From contig CBDATQ010000002.1 of the NCBI GenBank assembly GCA_965199955.1, positions 1,024,001 through 1,088,000 on the forward strand: a stretch of DNA of 64,000 bases. Reading direction: 5' to 3'. Within the stretch, counting starts at the first letter, position 1, and every line of letters begins with the position of its first letter. Of the stretch, positions 53,247 through 63,446 are shown piece by piece. A program made the translations under genes and the position numbers. The notes under the pieces are model-generated. The model was not told the origin of the DNA and searched no databases. It saw only the letters and a program-made list of their open reading frames with translations. Source of the stretch: Spirochaetia bacterium (GTDB lineage Bacteria > Spirochaetota > Spirochaetia > SZUA-6 > Bin103).

Positions 53247-55588
53247 CAGGCTGCCGTCGTCGCCGTCGCGCTCCGGCCGGTCGCCGGCTCGGCTGCCTCA
53301 GGCGCCGGCGCCTGCCGCCGGTCCGGGCGGACCAGGTCGACCGCGCGGGCGACGATCCCGTCCGTGGACGGCAGGACGTACTCGGCGGCCGGTCCCAGGG
53401 GAATGAAGGAATCCTCCCCGCAGTAGCGCCGGATCGCCGGCCGGGTCGGCGCGTCGGCGGTCGCATCGACGACGGCGGCCACCAGCCCTTCGCTCACACC
53501 GCCGGTGGCACGTCCCTCGTCGACGATCAGGATGCGTCCGCTGCGGGTCCCATGCGCGACCACCGTCTCGGTGTCGATCGGCGCCAGCCAGCGCAGGTCG
53601 ATCACTTCCGCGGCGATGCCGTGCCGCTCGGACAGGATGCGCGCCGCCTGCAGCGATCGCCAGAGACCGTTGCTCCAGCTCACGATGGTCAGATCCGGAT
53701 CGTCCGCGGCGTGGACGCGCGCGCGCCCGATCTCGACCGCATCCCCCGGCGGCGGATACCGGAACCGCCAGAGATCGTCGCCCTCCTCGTGCAGGTGGCG
53801 GGTCTGGTACAGGGCGATCGGCTCCAGGAACAGCACCACGCGTCCGTCGGTGACCGCCGCCGCCGTGGCAGTGCGCAGCATGCCCACGGCGTCGTCGCCG
53901 CGCGACGGGCTGGCGATGAGCACGCCCGGCAGATCGCGCAGCGCGGCGATACTGTTGTCGTTGTGGAAGTGCCCGCCGAATCCCCGCTGGTATGCCCAGC
54001 TCGCGATCCTGACCACCAGCGGGTTGCGGAAACCGCCCTGTGAAAAGAACGAGAGCGTCGCCGCCTCGCCCCTGATCTGATCCTGGGCGTTCTGGTAGTA
54101 GGCCAGATACTGGATCTCCGGGACCGGCAGCAGGCCGACGTGGGCGGCGCCCATGGCCAGCCCCAGGATGGACTGCTCGTCGAGCAAGGTGTTGAACACG
54201 CGCGCCGAGCCGGCCCGCTCGGCCAGCCTGGTCGTGACCCCGTAGACGCCGCCGCGGCGGCCCACGTCCTCGCCGAACAGGACCATCTGCGGGTATTTGG
54301 CCATCAGGTCGAGCAGTCCCCAGTTCAGCAGGCGGCCGAAGTGTTGCGGTCCCTGCCGCTCCGGCAGCCGCCGTTCCGACCCGAACAGCGCGACGCGCTC
54401 CTCCGCGTGGTCGGCGCGCGCGGCCTCCAGCATCACCTGCAACGGCCGATGCGTGGCGATGGGCCCCGCCACCTCGGCGGCGCTCTTCAGGCGCGGCCGC
54501 CGCTCGGCTTCCCGCGCCGCCGCGCGCACCCGGTCGCCGATCTCCCGGTACGACTGCAGCAGCGCCCGCGCCGGAGCGAGACCCAAGTCGACTGCGCGCA
54601 GGCTGTTGCCGAGCACCGGGTCGCGCGCCTCCGCCGCCCGGATCCGTTCGCGTGAGTGGTAGGTGATCTCCAGATCCGCCCCGGCGTGGCCGAGCAGGCG
54701 CACGAGCTCCAGGTGCAGGAAGACCGGCACACGCTGGCGCCGGCAGACCTCCACCGCCGCGTGCGCCTGCCGGTAGGTGTCGACGATGTCGCAGCCGTCC
54801 GCCTTCAGGTAGGTGATGCGCGGGTAGGAGCGCCAGACGTGTTCGACCCAGCCGGGCGGCGTCTGCACCGAGATGCCGACGCCGTTGTCCTCACACACGA
54901 ACAGGATCGGGATCGGCAGGTTCTGATAGGCCGCCCAGGCGCCGGCGTTCATGCCGGCCAGCGCGGAGGCGTGGTTCAGCGTGCCGTCGCCGAAGGTGCA
55001 GACCACGATGGCGTCCTCCGGGAACGGCAGGGACTGTACGAGCCCGAGCCGCTTGGCCCGCTCGATGGCGAAGGCGGTCCCCATGGCCTTGGGCACGTGC
55101 GAGGCGATCGTGCTGGTCTGCGGCGGCATCCGCAGGGCCGTGCTGCCGAATACCTTGTGGCGGCCGCCGGCGATCGGATCCTCGGAGCTGGCGCACAGGG
55201 ACAGCAGCACGTCGAACACCGGGGTGTGGCCGGCTACCTGCTTGGCACGCTGCGCGAAGAAGCCGCCGGACCGATAGTGGACGAACGCCGGGTCGTCGGG
55301 GCGCAGGGCTGCGGCCAGCGCCGCGTTCCCCTCGTGGCCGGCGCTGCCGATCGTGTAGAAGCCGGTCCCGCGGCTGCGCAGCCGGCGCGCCTCCAGGTCG
55401 AGGTGGCGCGCCTGGTACTGGGACTCCAGGATTTCCAGGAAGTCGATGCTCCGCAGCCCCGAACGCTTGTCGACGAGGTCGTCGCCGGACCGGCGCGGGC
55501 GCCCGCCGGCGGCTTCGTCATCGGCCGACCGGGACGACAGGGCGTCGATCACGGCTTGGTCGATGGCCTGGGCGCGGTCTGAGTCCAT
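53243..55588 (-). CDS. Fused E1 alpha/beta TPP-dependent 2-oxoacid dehydrogenase
   Basis: HYRSG, TPP motif GDG..EDN, GEDVG, FNTLLDEQ, EIQY, HFHN, IDLRWL. Confidence 0.9.
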   Translation of the reverse strand: MDSDRAQAIDQAVIDALSSRSADDEAAGGRPRRSGDDLVDKRSGLRSIDFLEILESQYQARHLDLEARRLRSRGTGFYTIGSAGHEGNAALAAALRPDDPAFVHYRSGGFFAQRAKQVAGHTPVFDVLLSLCASSEDPIAGGRHKVFGSTALRMPPQTSTIASHVPKAMGTAFAIERAKRLGLVQSLPFPEDAIVVCTFGDGTLNHASALAGMNAGAWAAYQNLPIPILFVCEDNGVGISVQTPPGWVEHVWRSYPRITYLKADGCDIVDTYRQAHAAVEVCRRQRVPVFLHLELVRLLGHAGADLEITYHSRERIRAAEARDPVLGNSLRAVDLGLAPARALLQSYREIGDRVRAAAREAERRPRLKSAAEVAGPIATHRPLQVMLEAARADHAEERVALFGSERRLPERQGPQHFGRLLNWGLLDLMAKYPQMVLFGEDVGRRGGVYGVTTRLAERAGSARVFNTLLDEQSILGLAMGAAHVGLLPVPEIQYLAYYQNAQDQIRGEAATLSFFSQGGFRNPLVVRIASWAYQRGFGGHFHNDNSIAALRDLPGVLIASPSRGDDAVGMLRTATAAAVTDGRVVLFLEPIALYQTRHLHEEGDDLWRFRYPPPGDAVEIGRARVHAADDPDLTIVSWSNGLWRSLQAARILSERHGIAAEVIDLRWLAPIDTETVVAHGTRSGRILIVDEGRATGGVSEGLVAAVVDATADAPTRPAIRRYCGEDSFIPLGPAAEYVLPSTDGIVARAVDLVRPDRRQAPAPEAAEPATGRSATATTAAW

Positions 55589-55674
55589 GCGGGCGACGGT
55601 GAGGGTGGGCGAAATCAGCGCACGGCGGCAAGGGGCCGGTGGCCTCTCGATGCGGCGTCTTCGTACACTCCCGC

Positions 55675-56850
55675 ATGCTCGGAATCCTTCCCCTGGAGTG
55701 CCCGATCCGACACTACGACTGGGGGTCGCGATCCGCGCTTGGCCGCCTGCTCGGCCGCCGGCCGAGCGGCCGGCCTGAGGCGGAGTTGTGGATGGGGGCG
55801 CATCCTCAGGCGCCGTCGGTGGCGCGGGTCGGGGCCCGGCGGATGGCGCTGGACCGCCTGATCGCCGAGCATCCGGCCGAAACGCTCGGCCGCGCCGCGC
55901 TGGACGGGCACGGCGCGACGCTGCCGTTTCTCTTCAAGGTCCTGGCGCTGGGCAAACCGGTGTCCGTGCAGGCACACCCCACCCGCGCACGCGCTGCACG
56001 CGGGTTCGAAGCCGAGCAGCGTGCGGGCGTGCCGCTCGATGCGCCGCACCGTTCCTACCGGGACCGCGGGCACAAGCCGGAGGTCATGGTGGCGCTGGAA
56101 CCGATGGTCGTACTGTCGGGCGTCCGGCCGCTTCAGGAGATCGAAGGCGCCTTGACCGCGGCCGGCGTTGGGGAGCTGGCGGCGCCGGCTGGCCGTGAGG
56201 ATGCCGCCGAGGCCATCCGGCGGCTGCTTCGCGCCACGCTGACGCTCGATGGAGCGGCAGGAGCCATCCTGCACCGCCGGCTGGTCGACGGCGCGGCGCG
56301 GGACACGGCCGAGGGCGCGCTTCTCGCAGAGCTGGCCGAGCACTACCCCGGCGACCCGACGGTGATCGCCGCGTTGCTGCTCAACCTCGTCGAGCTCGAG
56401 CCGGGCGGGGCGCTGTACACGCCGCCGGGCCGGCTCCATGCCTTTGTCAGCGGCGCCGGCATCGAGCTGATGGCCAACTCCGACAACGTGCTGCGAGCCG
56501 GACTCACCAGCAAGCACGTGGACGCCGACGAGCTGCTGGCCGCGAGCGCCCTCAGGCCGGCGGCGCCCGAGCGCATCGTGCCGCGGCCCGCGAGTCCCGC
56601 CGAGCGCGTCTACCCGGCTCCCGCCGAGGAGTTCCGGCTGTCGGTCATCGACCTTGAGGCCGACGGGCGATTTGCGCCGCAGGGCCCGGAGATCCTGCTG
56701 CTGATAGGCGACCGCGCGCACCTGCGCTGGTCGGGCGGGACGCTCACGCTGCGGCGCGGCGACGCGGTCTTCGTCCCGGCGTCCGTGGCGGCGTACGAAG
56801 CCCACGGCACCGGGCCGCTGTACCGCGCGCGTGCCGGTTCCGGCGTCTGA
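55675..56850 (+). CDS. manA: Mannose-6-phosphate isomerase class I
   Basis: YDWGS, AELWMGAHP, SVQAHP, HKPE, MANSDNVLRAGLT. Confidence 0.95.
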   Translation: MLGILPLECPIRHYDWGSRSALGRLLGRRPSGRPEAELWMGAHPQAPSVARVGARRMALDRLIAEHPAETLGRAALDGHGATLPFLFKVLALGKPVSVQAHPTRARAARGFEAEQRAGVPLDAPHRSYRDRGHKPEVMVALEPMVVLSGVRPLQEIEGALTAAGVGELAAPAGREDAAEAIRRLLRATLTLDGAAGAILHRRLVDGAARDTAEGALLAELAEHYPGDPTVIAALLLNLVELEPGGALYTPPGRLHAFVSGAGIELMANSDNVLRAGLTSKHVDADELLAASALRPAAPERIVPRPASPAERVYPAPAEEFRLSVIDLEADGRFAPQGPEILLLIGDRAHLRWSGGTLTLRRGDAVFVPASVAAYEAHGTGPLYRARAGSGV

Positions 56851-56939
56851 GCGGAGGATGACCGGCTGGTGATACTGATCCTCACCATCGCCCAACGGGG
56901 CGATGTCTACGAACGGCTTCGCCGGCGGTTGGGCGCTGA

Positions 56940-57257
56940 CTACGTGCCGTGCAGGACCCAGTCCGGTTCGTCGATCTCGACCGAGTCCCGGTACAGCACC
57001 AGTGGGTCGAGGTCGACGCATCGCCACTCGTCCCGTGTACCAGCGATGTCCCAGGCGGCGGTGCCGTTCATGACCGTAAGCGAGCGACGAAACAGCTCCG
57101 GGTCCTTGAGGGGTTGAAACACCGGGCCGTCCAGCAACGGGGTCACGTCGAACTGCCGGATCGAGCCGTCGTCGAAGTACAGAACGATCCGATAGCCGGG
57201 CGGCGGAGCGGCGATCACCTGCACCACCTCGGGCATGTAGTGAGGATCGTCGATCAC
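56940..57257 (-). CDS. DUF2442-family protein
   Basis: LYFDDG, GPVFQPLKD, TAAW, DLDPLVLY; GTGA overlap with the upstream gene. Confidence 0.8.
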   Translation of the reverse strand: MIDDPHYMPEVVQVIAAPPPGYRIVLYFDDGSIRQFDVTPLLDGPVFQPLKDPELFRRSLTVMNGTAAWDIAGTRDEWRCVDLDPLVLYRDSVEIDEPDWVLHGT

Positions 57258-57514
57258 ATGAGCCCCTGAATGGATCGCAACGGCTGCTTGTCGCGTGCCA
57301 GCTCCCAATTCTGCATCAGCTCATCCTCGTGCAGTTGAGCCCAGGCAAGGACCAGCCGGAGCTGTCGGCGCGGCAGGTAGCCGGCGATCACCACGCCGCG
57401 GCGGATGTCGACCTTCGCGGCATGCTCCGCGTATTCGGCATGGAAGTGCGGCGGGCCGTGATCGTCCCAATACAAGAGAATCCTGATTCCGTGAAACAGC
57501 GCGACGACCGGCAT
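57254..57514 (-). CDS. DUF4160-family protein
   Basis: MPVVALFHGIRI, DHGPPHFHAEY, WAQLHEDELMQNW. Confidence 0.88.
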   Translation of the reverse strand: MPVVALFHGIRILLYWDDHGPPHFHAEYAEHAAKVDIRRGVVIAGYLPRRQLRLVLAWAQLHEDELMQNWELARDKQPLRSIQGLM

Positions 57515-57640
57515 TGCGATGTCCGCGTTCCATGATAGCAGGGCTTCTGCCTCGGTTGCGGAAGTCCGGATCTTGCCGCTCCGCGCGCATTGCGCGAAGC
57601 TCGGGTGAGTCCAGAGGGACTCGATGGGAGAGCAACCGCG

Positions 57641-57910
57641 ATGACTCCGCCGGCCACGATGCACACCGGACCGCTCGGTTCCACCGTGCACGTGTTGCGC
57701 GCCGATTCCGCGACTGTCACCGAGTTGGTCACGGTCGACTGGAGCCGGCGCTTCCGCCGCGTCTGGCTCGACCCGGTGCGGGGAATCATTGCCCCCTGAT
57801 GTCGCCGTCCCACTCTCATGAGGACCTGACGACGATCCTCGACAACGTCGTGGACGTTGCGGCCAGCATCCTCGCCGGCGCGGCGAAAGGGTTGAGCAGC
57901 ACGCGGCTGC
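57641..57910 (+). pseudogene. Probable Uma2-family endonuclease N-terminal remnant
   Basis: Frameshift in the C-run at 57792-57796 joins RGII to LMSPSHSHE...GLSSTRL; truncated at the convergent PPIase gene. Confidence 0.45.
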
Positions 57911-57919
57911 TTGAACTGG

Positions 57920-58909
57920 TCAGTTGCGGAAGTCGACCAGCTCCACGTCGAAGATCAGGAAGGCGCGCGGCGGCACGGTGCCGGGCACGCCCATGGCTCC
58001 GTAGCCCAGGTCGGGCGGGATCAGCACGGTGCGGCGAGCGCCGCGGCGCATCTCAAGGAGCATCTCCTCGAGGCCCTGGACCACCGCGCCGATCGTGAAC
58101 TCCATCGGCTCCAGGCCGGACGTGCCGAACTGGGTGCCGTCCGCCAGGCTGCCGGTGTAGCGCAGCAGGACCTTCGCTCCGAAGTCCGGCGTCGGCCCTT
58201 CGCCCGGGCTGTGGATCACGTACAGCAGTCCGGACTCGGTGGCGACGGCGTCCGGCCAGCGGCGGCGGAACTCGTCGAGCACCTCTTCGTGCCGCTCGAG
58301 GACGGCGCGCAGCAACTCTTCGGCCACCTGCGTGCGCAATTCGGCGATCCCGGGGCCGTCGACTCGGTAGGCGCGCGCCGCCGGCCCGACGCGCACGATG
58401 CGGATCCGCTTCAGGATCTGGCCGCGGCGCAGCGCGTCCACCACCTCCTGCCCGTCAACCACTTCTCCGAACACCGGATACACGTCGTCCAGCTCCGGGG
58501 CCGCGCGCCGGGTGATCACGAAGCGGCTGCTGCCGGTGTGCGGACTCTCGGTAAGGAGCGACACCACGCCGGGCCGGTCGTGGCGCAGCTCCGGGTGGAA
58601 CTGGTCGGGAATCTCCCAGTCCGGCGCCGCGAGACCTCGCGCGGCTACGCCGCCGGCCATGACGAGCTGCTCGGTGGCGATCTCGATGATCGATCCGTCA
58701 TAGAACTGAGCCGGCCCCAGCGCTGCCTCGGCAAGCCCCACGAAGGCGGCGACCGGCAGCGGCGCGTGTTCTTCGTGGAGGCGCACCAGGATTCGGCCTT
58801 CATCCGTGACGATCCGCGCGTACAGACCGTCGTCCAGCCCGCCGCATGCCGCCAGCAGCAAGGCCGCGGCGCCGGCCAGCGCTCCGTTGATCAGCTTCAC
58901 GTTGCCCAT
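57920..58909 (-). CDS. Lipoprotein peptidyl-prolyl isomerase (cyclophilin + FKBP domains)
   Basis: Lipobox LAAC, LRHDRPG, VFGEVV, TESGL, LIPPDLGYG, LIFDVELV. Confidence 0.9.
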   Translation of the reverse strand: MGNVKLINGALAGAAALLLAACGGLDDGLYARIVTDEGRILVRLHEEHAPLPVAAFVGLAEAALGPAQFYDGSIIEIATEQLVMAGGVAARGLAAPDWEIPDQFHPELRHDRPGVVSLLTESPHTGSSRFVITRRAAPELDDVYPVFGEVVDGQEVVDALRRGQILKRIRIVRVGPAARAYRVDGPGIAELRTQVAEELLRAVLERHEEVLDEFRRRWPDAVATESGLLYVIHSPGEGPTPDFGAKVLLRYTGSLADGTQFGTSGLEPMEFTIGAVVQGLEEMLLEMRRGARRTVLIPPDLGYGAMGVPGTVPPRAFLIFDVELVDFRN

Positions 58910-58970
58910 CGAGCGTGGCAGCGCCGCACGTGTCGATCAAGCCGGCGCCAAGCCGGTATGCTCCGCCATC

Positions 58971-59744
58971 GTGAACCAACTGGAAAAGATCCGCGACAAG
59001 TGGGCCAGCGGCGAGGTCTGCATCGGCACCAACGTGACCCTCAGCGACTCGACGGTGGTCGAGCTGCTGGGTGAGGTCGGCTTCGACATCGTCTGGATCG
59101 ACATGGAGCACTCGGCGATGACGCTCGATCACTGCCTGAATCACGTCCGCACCTGCCGCGGCGTGGGCATGGCGCCGTTCATCCGCGTGCCGTCCAACGA
59201 CCCGGTGGTGGTCAAGCCGTTCCTGGAGATGCACCCGGCCGGCATCATCATGCCGCGCATCTCGAACGTGGCCGACGCCGAGCAGGCGGTGCGAAGCTGC
59301 CGCTACCCGCCGCGCGGCGTGCGCGGCTTCGGCCCGATCCGCGGCGTGCGCTTCAGCGCGCGCAGCACCGAGGACTATCTGGCCAACGTCGACGCCGAGA
59401 TCCTGGTCATCCTGCAGATCGAGCACATCGACGCGGTGAACCAGATCGAGGAGATCCTGCGGATCCCCGGCGTGGACAGCATCGTCCCCGGCCCCATGGA
59501 CCTGTCCGGCACGATGGGCCTGCTGGGACAGCCCGGCCATCCCGACGTGGTCGCCGCCATTCAGCGGATGCTCGACGCGGCGCGCGCCGCGGGCGTGCCG
59601 ATGGGACAGTCGATCGGCCCTGATCCCGAGGCGCTTCGCCACTGGATCGACGGCGGCGTCTCCTGGCTCTGCGCGGGCGGCGACTGGCACCTGCTGTACC
59701 CCGCGGCCAGGGAGCTGCACGAGTTGATGTCTTCGATGACGTGA
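58971..59744 (+). CDS. HpcH/HpaI aldolase family
   Basis: GFDIVWIDMEH, RYPPRGVRG, QIE, GPMDLS. Confidence 0.9.
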   Translation: MNQLEKIRDKWASGEVCIGTNVTLSDSTVVELLGEVGFDIVWIDMEHSAMTLDHCLNHVRTCRGVGMAPFIRVPSNDPVVVKPFLEMHPAGIIMPRISNVADAEQAVRSCRYPPRGVRGFGPIRGVRFSARSTEDYLANVDAEILVILQIEHIDAVNQIEEILRIPGVDSIVPGPMDLSGTMGLLGQPGHPDVVAAIQRMLDAARAAGVPMGQSIGPDPEALRHWIDGGVSWLCAGGDWHLLYPAARELHELMSSMT

Positions 59745-61444
59745 CCCCAGCCGAGCCGAGCCGCCACTACCTGCACGGCTACCCGGCGCGACAGAGCGTC
59801 GCGCCGGGGGAGCGGCTCGACCTGCACGTCTCGACCAGCCTGGCCAGTTATTCGCTGGCCGTTGCGCGCGTGGGAGAGGGCGAGGAGGAGGTCTGGCGGC
59901 GGGACGGAATCGCCGGCACCGAGCACCCGGTGCCGGACGACGCCTCCTCGCACGGCTGCCGCTGGCCGCCGGCGCTGGAGCTGGCGGTGGGCTCGGAGTG
60001 GCCGAGCGGCTACTACCGCGTGTCCTTGCGCGGGGAGGCCCCGGACGGCAGCCCCGTCCGCGGAGCGATGGGGTTCGTGGTCCGCTCGGCGGAGCCGGGG
60101 CATTCCGCCCGCATCCTGCTGCAGCGCACCACCAACACCGACAACGCCTACAACCGCTACGGCGGCTCCACGCTGTACTACGGGCCGGACGGACCGGCGA
60201 CGCGGGTGTCGTTCGAACGGCCGTTCGCGGGGTTCGAGCCGATCGGGGACTACCGTTTCGCCATCCGGGGGGAGCTGGAGATCACCACCGACGGCCGCAC
60301 CCTGACGGACGAGATGGCGACCGCGCTGACCGAGCGGGGCGTGGACACCGCCCGTCCCACCTTTCTGCGGCCTGCCCGCGTGGCGGACTGCTGGAACCTG
60401 CAGCAGGCCGAGGTCACCCTGGGCCTGCACCGGCAGCCCGGCCGGATCGACGTGTACGACTCGTTCAGCTCTTGGGCGAGCTGCTGGCACAACTGGGAGG
60501 GACCGTTCGTGGCGTGGGCGGAACGGGCCGGCTACCGGATCGACTACGCGGTCAACGGCGACCTGGAGTTCCACCCGGAGATTCTCGACGAGTATCGCCT
60601 GGTGCTGTCGGTCGGCCACGACGAGTACTGGTCGAAGCCGATGCGCGACCACCTGGAGGACTACATCGGCCGCGGCGGCAACGTCGCCTTCCTCTCCGGA
60701 AACTGCGTCTGGTGGCAGGTGCGCTCGGAGGAGGAAGGCCACGCCCTGGTCTGCTTCAAGGACCACACCCGCGACCCGCACTTCGCGAGCGGCGAGCACG
60801 ACACGCTGACCACGATGTGGTGCCATCGGCTGATCGGAAGGCCGGAGAACGGGCTCACCGGTGTGAGCTTCGCCTACGGCGGCTACCACCGCTTCTTCGG
60901 CATGATGGACGAGGGGCCGGGCGCCTGCCGCCCCAACACCGTCTCCTGCGGCTCCGCTGTTGGCCCATCCCCTCCTTGCGCGTCGGAGTCTCTCGGACTT
61001 GCCGCTCACGCGGCAAGTCCGAGAGACTCCTACACGGTGCACCGGCCCGGGCACTGGGCCTTCGCGGGCACCGGCCTGCAGCGTGGGCAGAGCTTCGGCG
61101 CCCGCGATCGCATCGTCGGCTACGAGTGCGACGGCTGCCAGGTCGAGTGGCGCGACGGGTTGCCGTTTCCCACGCATCGGGATGGTACGCCCGACACCTT
61201 CCGCATTCTGGCCACGGCGCCGGCGGCGCTGGGCCGGGTGGACGCCTCGCTGGAGCAGGCCAGCCGCGCCATCCTGGGCGACGGCGGCGGCACGCTCCCG
61301 CAGCCGGGGCTGGCCGTGATGGGGACCTACACCCGTGGTGGCACGGTGGTGACGGCCGGCTGCACGGAGTGGAGCAACGGCCTGCGCGGCGGCGATCCAA
61401 CAGTGGACCGCATCACGCGCAACATCCTCGACCGCCTGGGCTGA
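59741..61444 (+). CDS. N,N-dimethylformamidase beta-subunit-like protein carrying a 35-aa in-frame insertion
   Basis: WPSGYY, AYNRYGG, VSFERP, VGHDEYWS, GNCVWWQ, GYECD. Confidence 0.85.
   Translation: MTPAEPSRHYLHGYPARQSVAPGERLDLHVSTSLASYSLAVARVGEGEEEVWRRDGIAGTEHPVPDDASSHGCRWPPALELAVGSEWPSGYYRVSLRGEAPDGSPVRGAMGFVVRSAEPGHSARILLQRTTNTDNAYNRYGGSTLYYGPDGPATRVSFERPFAGFEPIGDYRFAIRGELEITTDGRTLTDEMATALTERGVDTARPTFLRPARVADCWNLQQAEVTLGLHRQPGRIDVYDSFSSWASCWHNWEGPFVAWAERAGYRIDYAVNGDLEFHPEILDEYRLVLSVGHDEYWSKPMRDHLEDYIGRGGNVAFLSGNCVWWQVRSEEEGHALVCFKDHTRDPHFASGEHDTLTTMWCHRLIGRPENGLTGVSFAYGGYHRFFGMMDEGPGACRPNTVSCGSAVGPSPPCASESLGLAAHAASPRDSYTVHRPGHWAFAGTGLQRGQSFGARDRIVGYECDGCQVEWRDGLPFPTHRDGTPDTFRILATAPAALGRVDASLEQASRAILGDGGGTLPQPGLAVMGTYTRGGTVVTAGCTEWSNGLRGGDPTVDRITRNILDRLG
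60926..61030. repeat. 105-bp REP/RPE-like palindromic element
   Basis: Perfect 21-bp stem 60985-61005 / 61010-61030 with a TCAC loop; CCT repeated at both junctions. Confidence 0.75.
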
Positions 61445-61477
61445 CCGACCGAACCATTTCGGAGTATCCTCCGATTT

Positions 61478-62101
61478 ACTCGCAACGTCGCCGCGTTCTC
61501 CCGGTTCTTCGACGCGCTCCCCTTCTGCCACGGCGAGTTGATGAACTACAGCAACGTCGCGCGGGACTGCGGCGTCGATTCCAAGACCGTGCGGGAGTAC
61601 TTCCAGATACTGGTCGACACGCTGTTGGGAGTCTTCGTGGAGCCGTTCAGCGGCCGGCGCTCTCGCGCCGTGATCACCCGCGCCCCGAAGTTCTATCTGT
61701 TCGACGTCGGCGTGGCCGGCCACCTGACCGGCCGCCGGATCGAACGCCCCGCGGGTCAGGACTTCGGGCGCGCGTTGGAGCACTTCCTGCTCATGGAGCT
61801 GCTCGCGTACCGCTCCTACCGCGAGCGCGACGTCCCGATTCGCTTCTGGCGCACCAAGACGGGACTCGAATGCGACTTTGTCATCGGGCGCAGGGGAGAG
61901 GTAGCGATCGAGGTCATGGGCGGCGCCGACCCGGGATCGCGGGACCTCGCGCCGCTGCGGGCATACGTCGAGGAGCATCATCCCCGTCACGCGATCGTGG
62001 TCTGTACGACAAGCGCTCCACGCCGCACGCAGGACGGGATCCGGATACTTCCGTGGGAACGGTTCCTGGAGCGGCTGTGGGCCGATACCATCATCGAATG
62101 A
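61478..62101 (+). pseudogene. C-terminal half of an AAA+/DUF4143 ATPase
   Basis: NYSNVARDCGVD, PKFYLFDVG, FWRTKTGLECDFV; no Walker A region upstream. Confidence 0.8.
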
Positions 62102-62139
62102 TCGACTCGGGAGGGGAGACCGAGGGGAGGGACGCGACC

Positions 62140-63384
62140 ATGAGTGATCTGCACATCGCGGACGTGAGCGTGGTGGACGTGGCCACCGGGGCGATCCATC
62201 CATCGCAATCGGTGCGGGTCGCGGACGGCGTCATCGCCGAGGTCGGCGCAGATGCGCTGCCGCAGTCCGGCGCCGCGGCGACCATCGACGGCCGCGGCCG
62301 CTATCTGTGCCCGGGGCTGATCGACACCCACGTCCACTTCTTCCTGGACGGCAGCAGCACGCCGCGCCAGAACTTCGTCGCCATCGACGGGGCCGAGCGC
62401 TGGCGGGTCGCCGTGCGCAACGCCGGCGTCGCGCTCGCCGCCGGCATCACCACGATGCGCGACTTGGCCGCTCCCGCCGAGCCGATGTTCGAGCTGAGGC
62501 GCGAGATCGACGCGGGGCGGGTGGCCGGCCCGCACGTGATCTGCTGCGGCTACGCGCTCATGCGCCCCGGCGGGCACTGCCACTGGCTCGGGGGAATCGA
62601 GGTGAGCTCCCGAGCGGAGGTGCGCGCCGCGGTCGAGCGGCAGATCGGCCAAGGCGGCGATTACGTCAAGCTGATGGCCTCAGGCGGCGGCCTGACGCCG
62701 GGCACGCGCCCGCACGAGGCGGACCTGCCGCTGGAGCTGATGCGGGAGGCGGTCGAGGTGGCCGCGGCGCACGGCACCTACGTCACCGCGCACTGCCACG
62801 CCACCGAGAGCATCCGGCGCGCCATCGATGCGGGACTGCAGATGATAGAGCATGCCACCTTCGCCGAGCCGCCGGGCCGGTACCGCTACGATCCGGATGT
62901 CGCGCAACGCATCCGCGACCGCGGCATCGTCGTGGTCCCCACCGTGTACTGCGCCCTGCAGAACGCCGCCAAGTTCGAGCGCCAGGGCAGCACCTACAAC
63001 CCCGAGGACGTGGGCGCGGTCGCGCGCCTGCGCGGCCGGCTGACCAACACCGGGCTGTTCCACCGGCTGGGCGTGCCGCAGATCGCCGGCACCGACTGCG
63101 GGGCGATCGACACCCGCTTCGACGCCCTGGTCGACGAGCTGCTGACCTACGTGCAGGCCGGCTTGAGCAACGCGGAGGCGCTCCGCTCGGCAACCAGCCT
63201 GGCCGCCTGTCACCTGCGGCTGGACGGAGTCGGGCAGGTGGCCGCCGGCCAGCGCGCCGACCTGTTGCTGCTCGACGGGGATCCGCTGGAGGACCTCCGC
63301 ACCCTGCGCGCTCCGCGCGTCGTGATCAAGGCCGGCGAGGTCGCGCACCGCCGGGAAACGGGCGTCCAGCCGGGCTCGGTTTGA
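62140..63384 (+). CDS. Metal-dependent amidohydrolase
   Basis: PGLIDTHVH, GITTMRD, AHCH, IEHA, AGTD, ADLLLLDGDPL. Confidence 0.92.
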   Translation: MSDLHIADVSVVDVATGAIHPSQSVRVADGVIAEVGADALPQSGAAATIDGRGRYLCPGLIDTHVHFFLDGSSTPRQNFVAIDGAERWRVAVRNAGVALAAGITTMRDLAAPAEPMFELRREIDAGRVAGPHVICCGYALMRPGGHCHWLGGIEVSSRAEVRAAVERQIGQGGDYVKLMASGGGLTPGTRPHEADLPLELMREAVEVAAAHGTYVTAHCHATESIRRAIDAGLQMIEHATFAEPPGRYRYDPDVAQRIRDRGIVVVPTVYCALQNAAKFERQGSTYNPEDVGAVARLRGRLTNTGLFHRLGVPQIAGTDCGAIDTRFDALVDELLTYVQAGLSNAEALRSATSLAACHLRLDGVGQVAAGQRADLLLLDGDPLEDLRTLRAPRVVIKAGEVAHRRETGVQPGSV

Positions 63385-63446
63385 CCAGGTGGGGGCTCCG
63401 GGCTACCCTGTAGGTACGGTTCCGTGCCGGCGGTACCCCGGAAATC

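Noticed and set aside
59998..63384. 1128-aa ORF as a single fusion protein
   Set aside because: Only the part from 62140 is a recognisable amidohydrolase; the upstream part is off-frame overlap of other genes.
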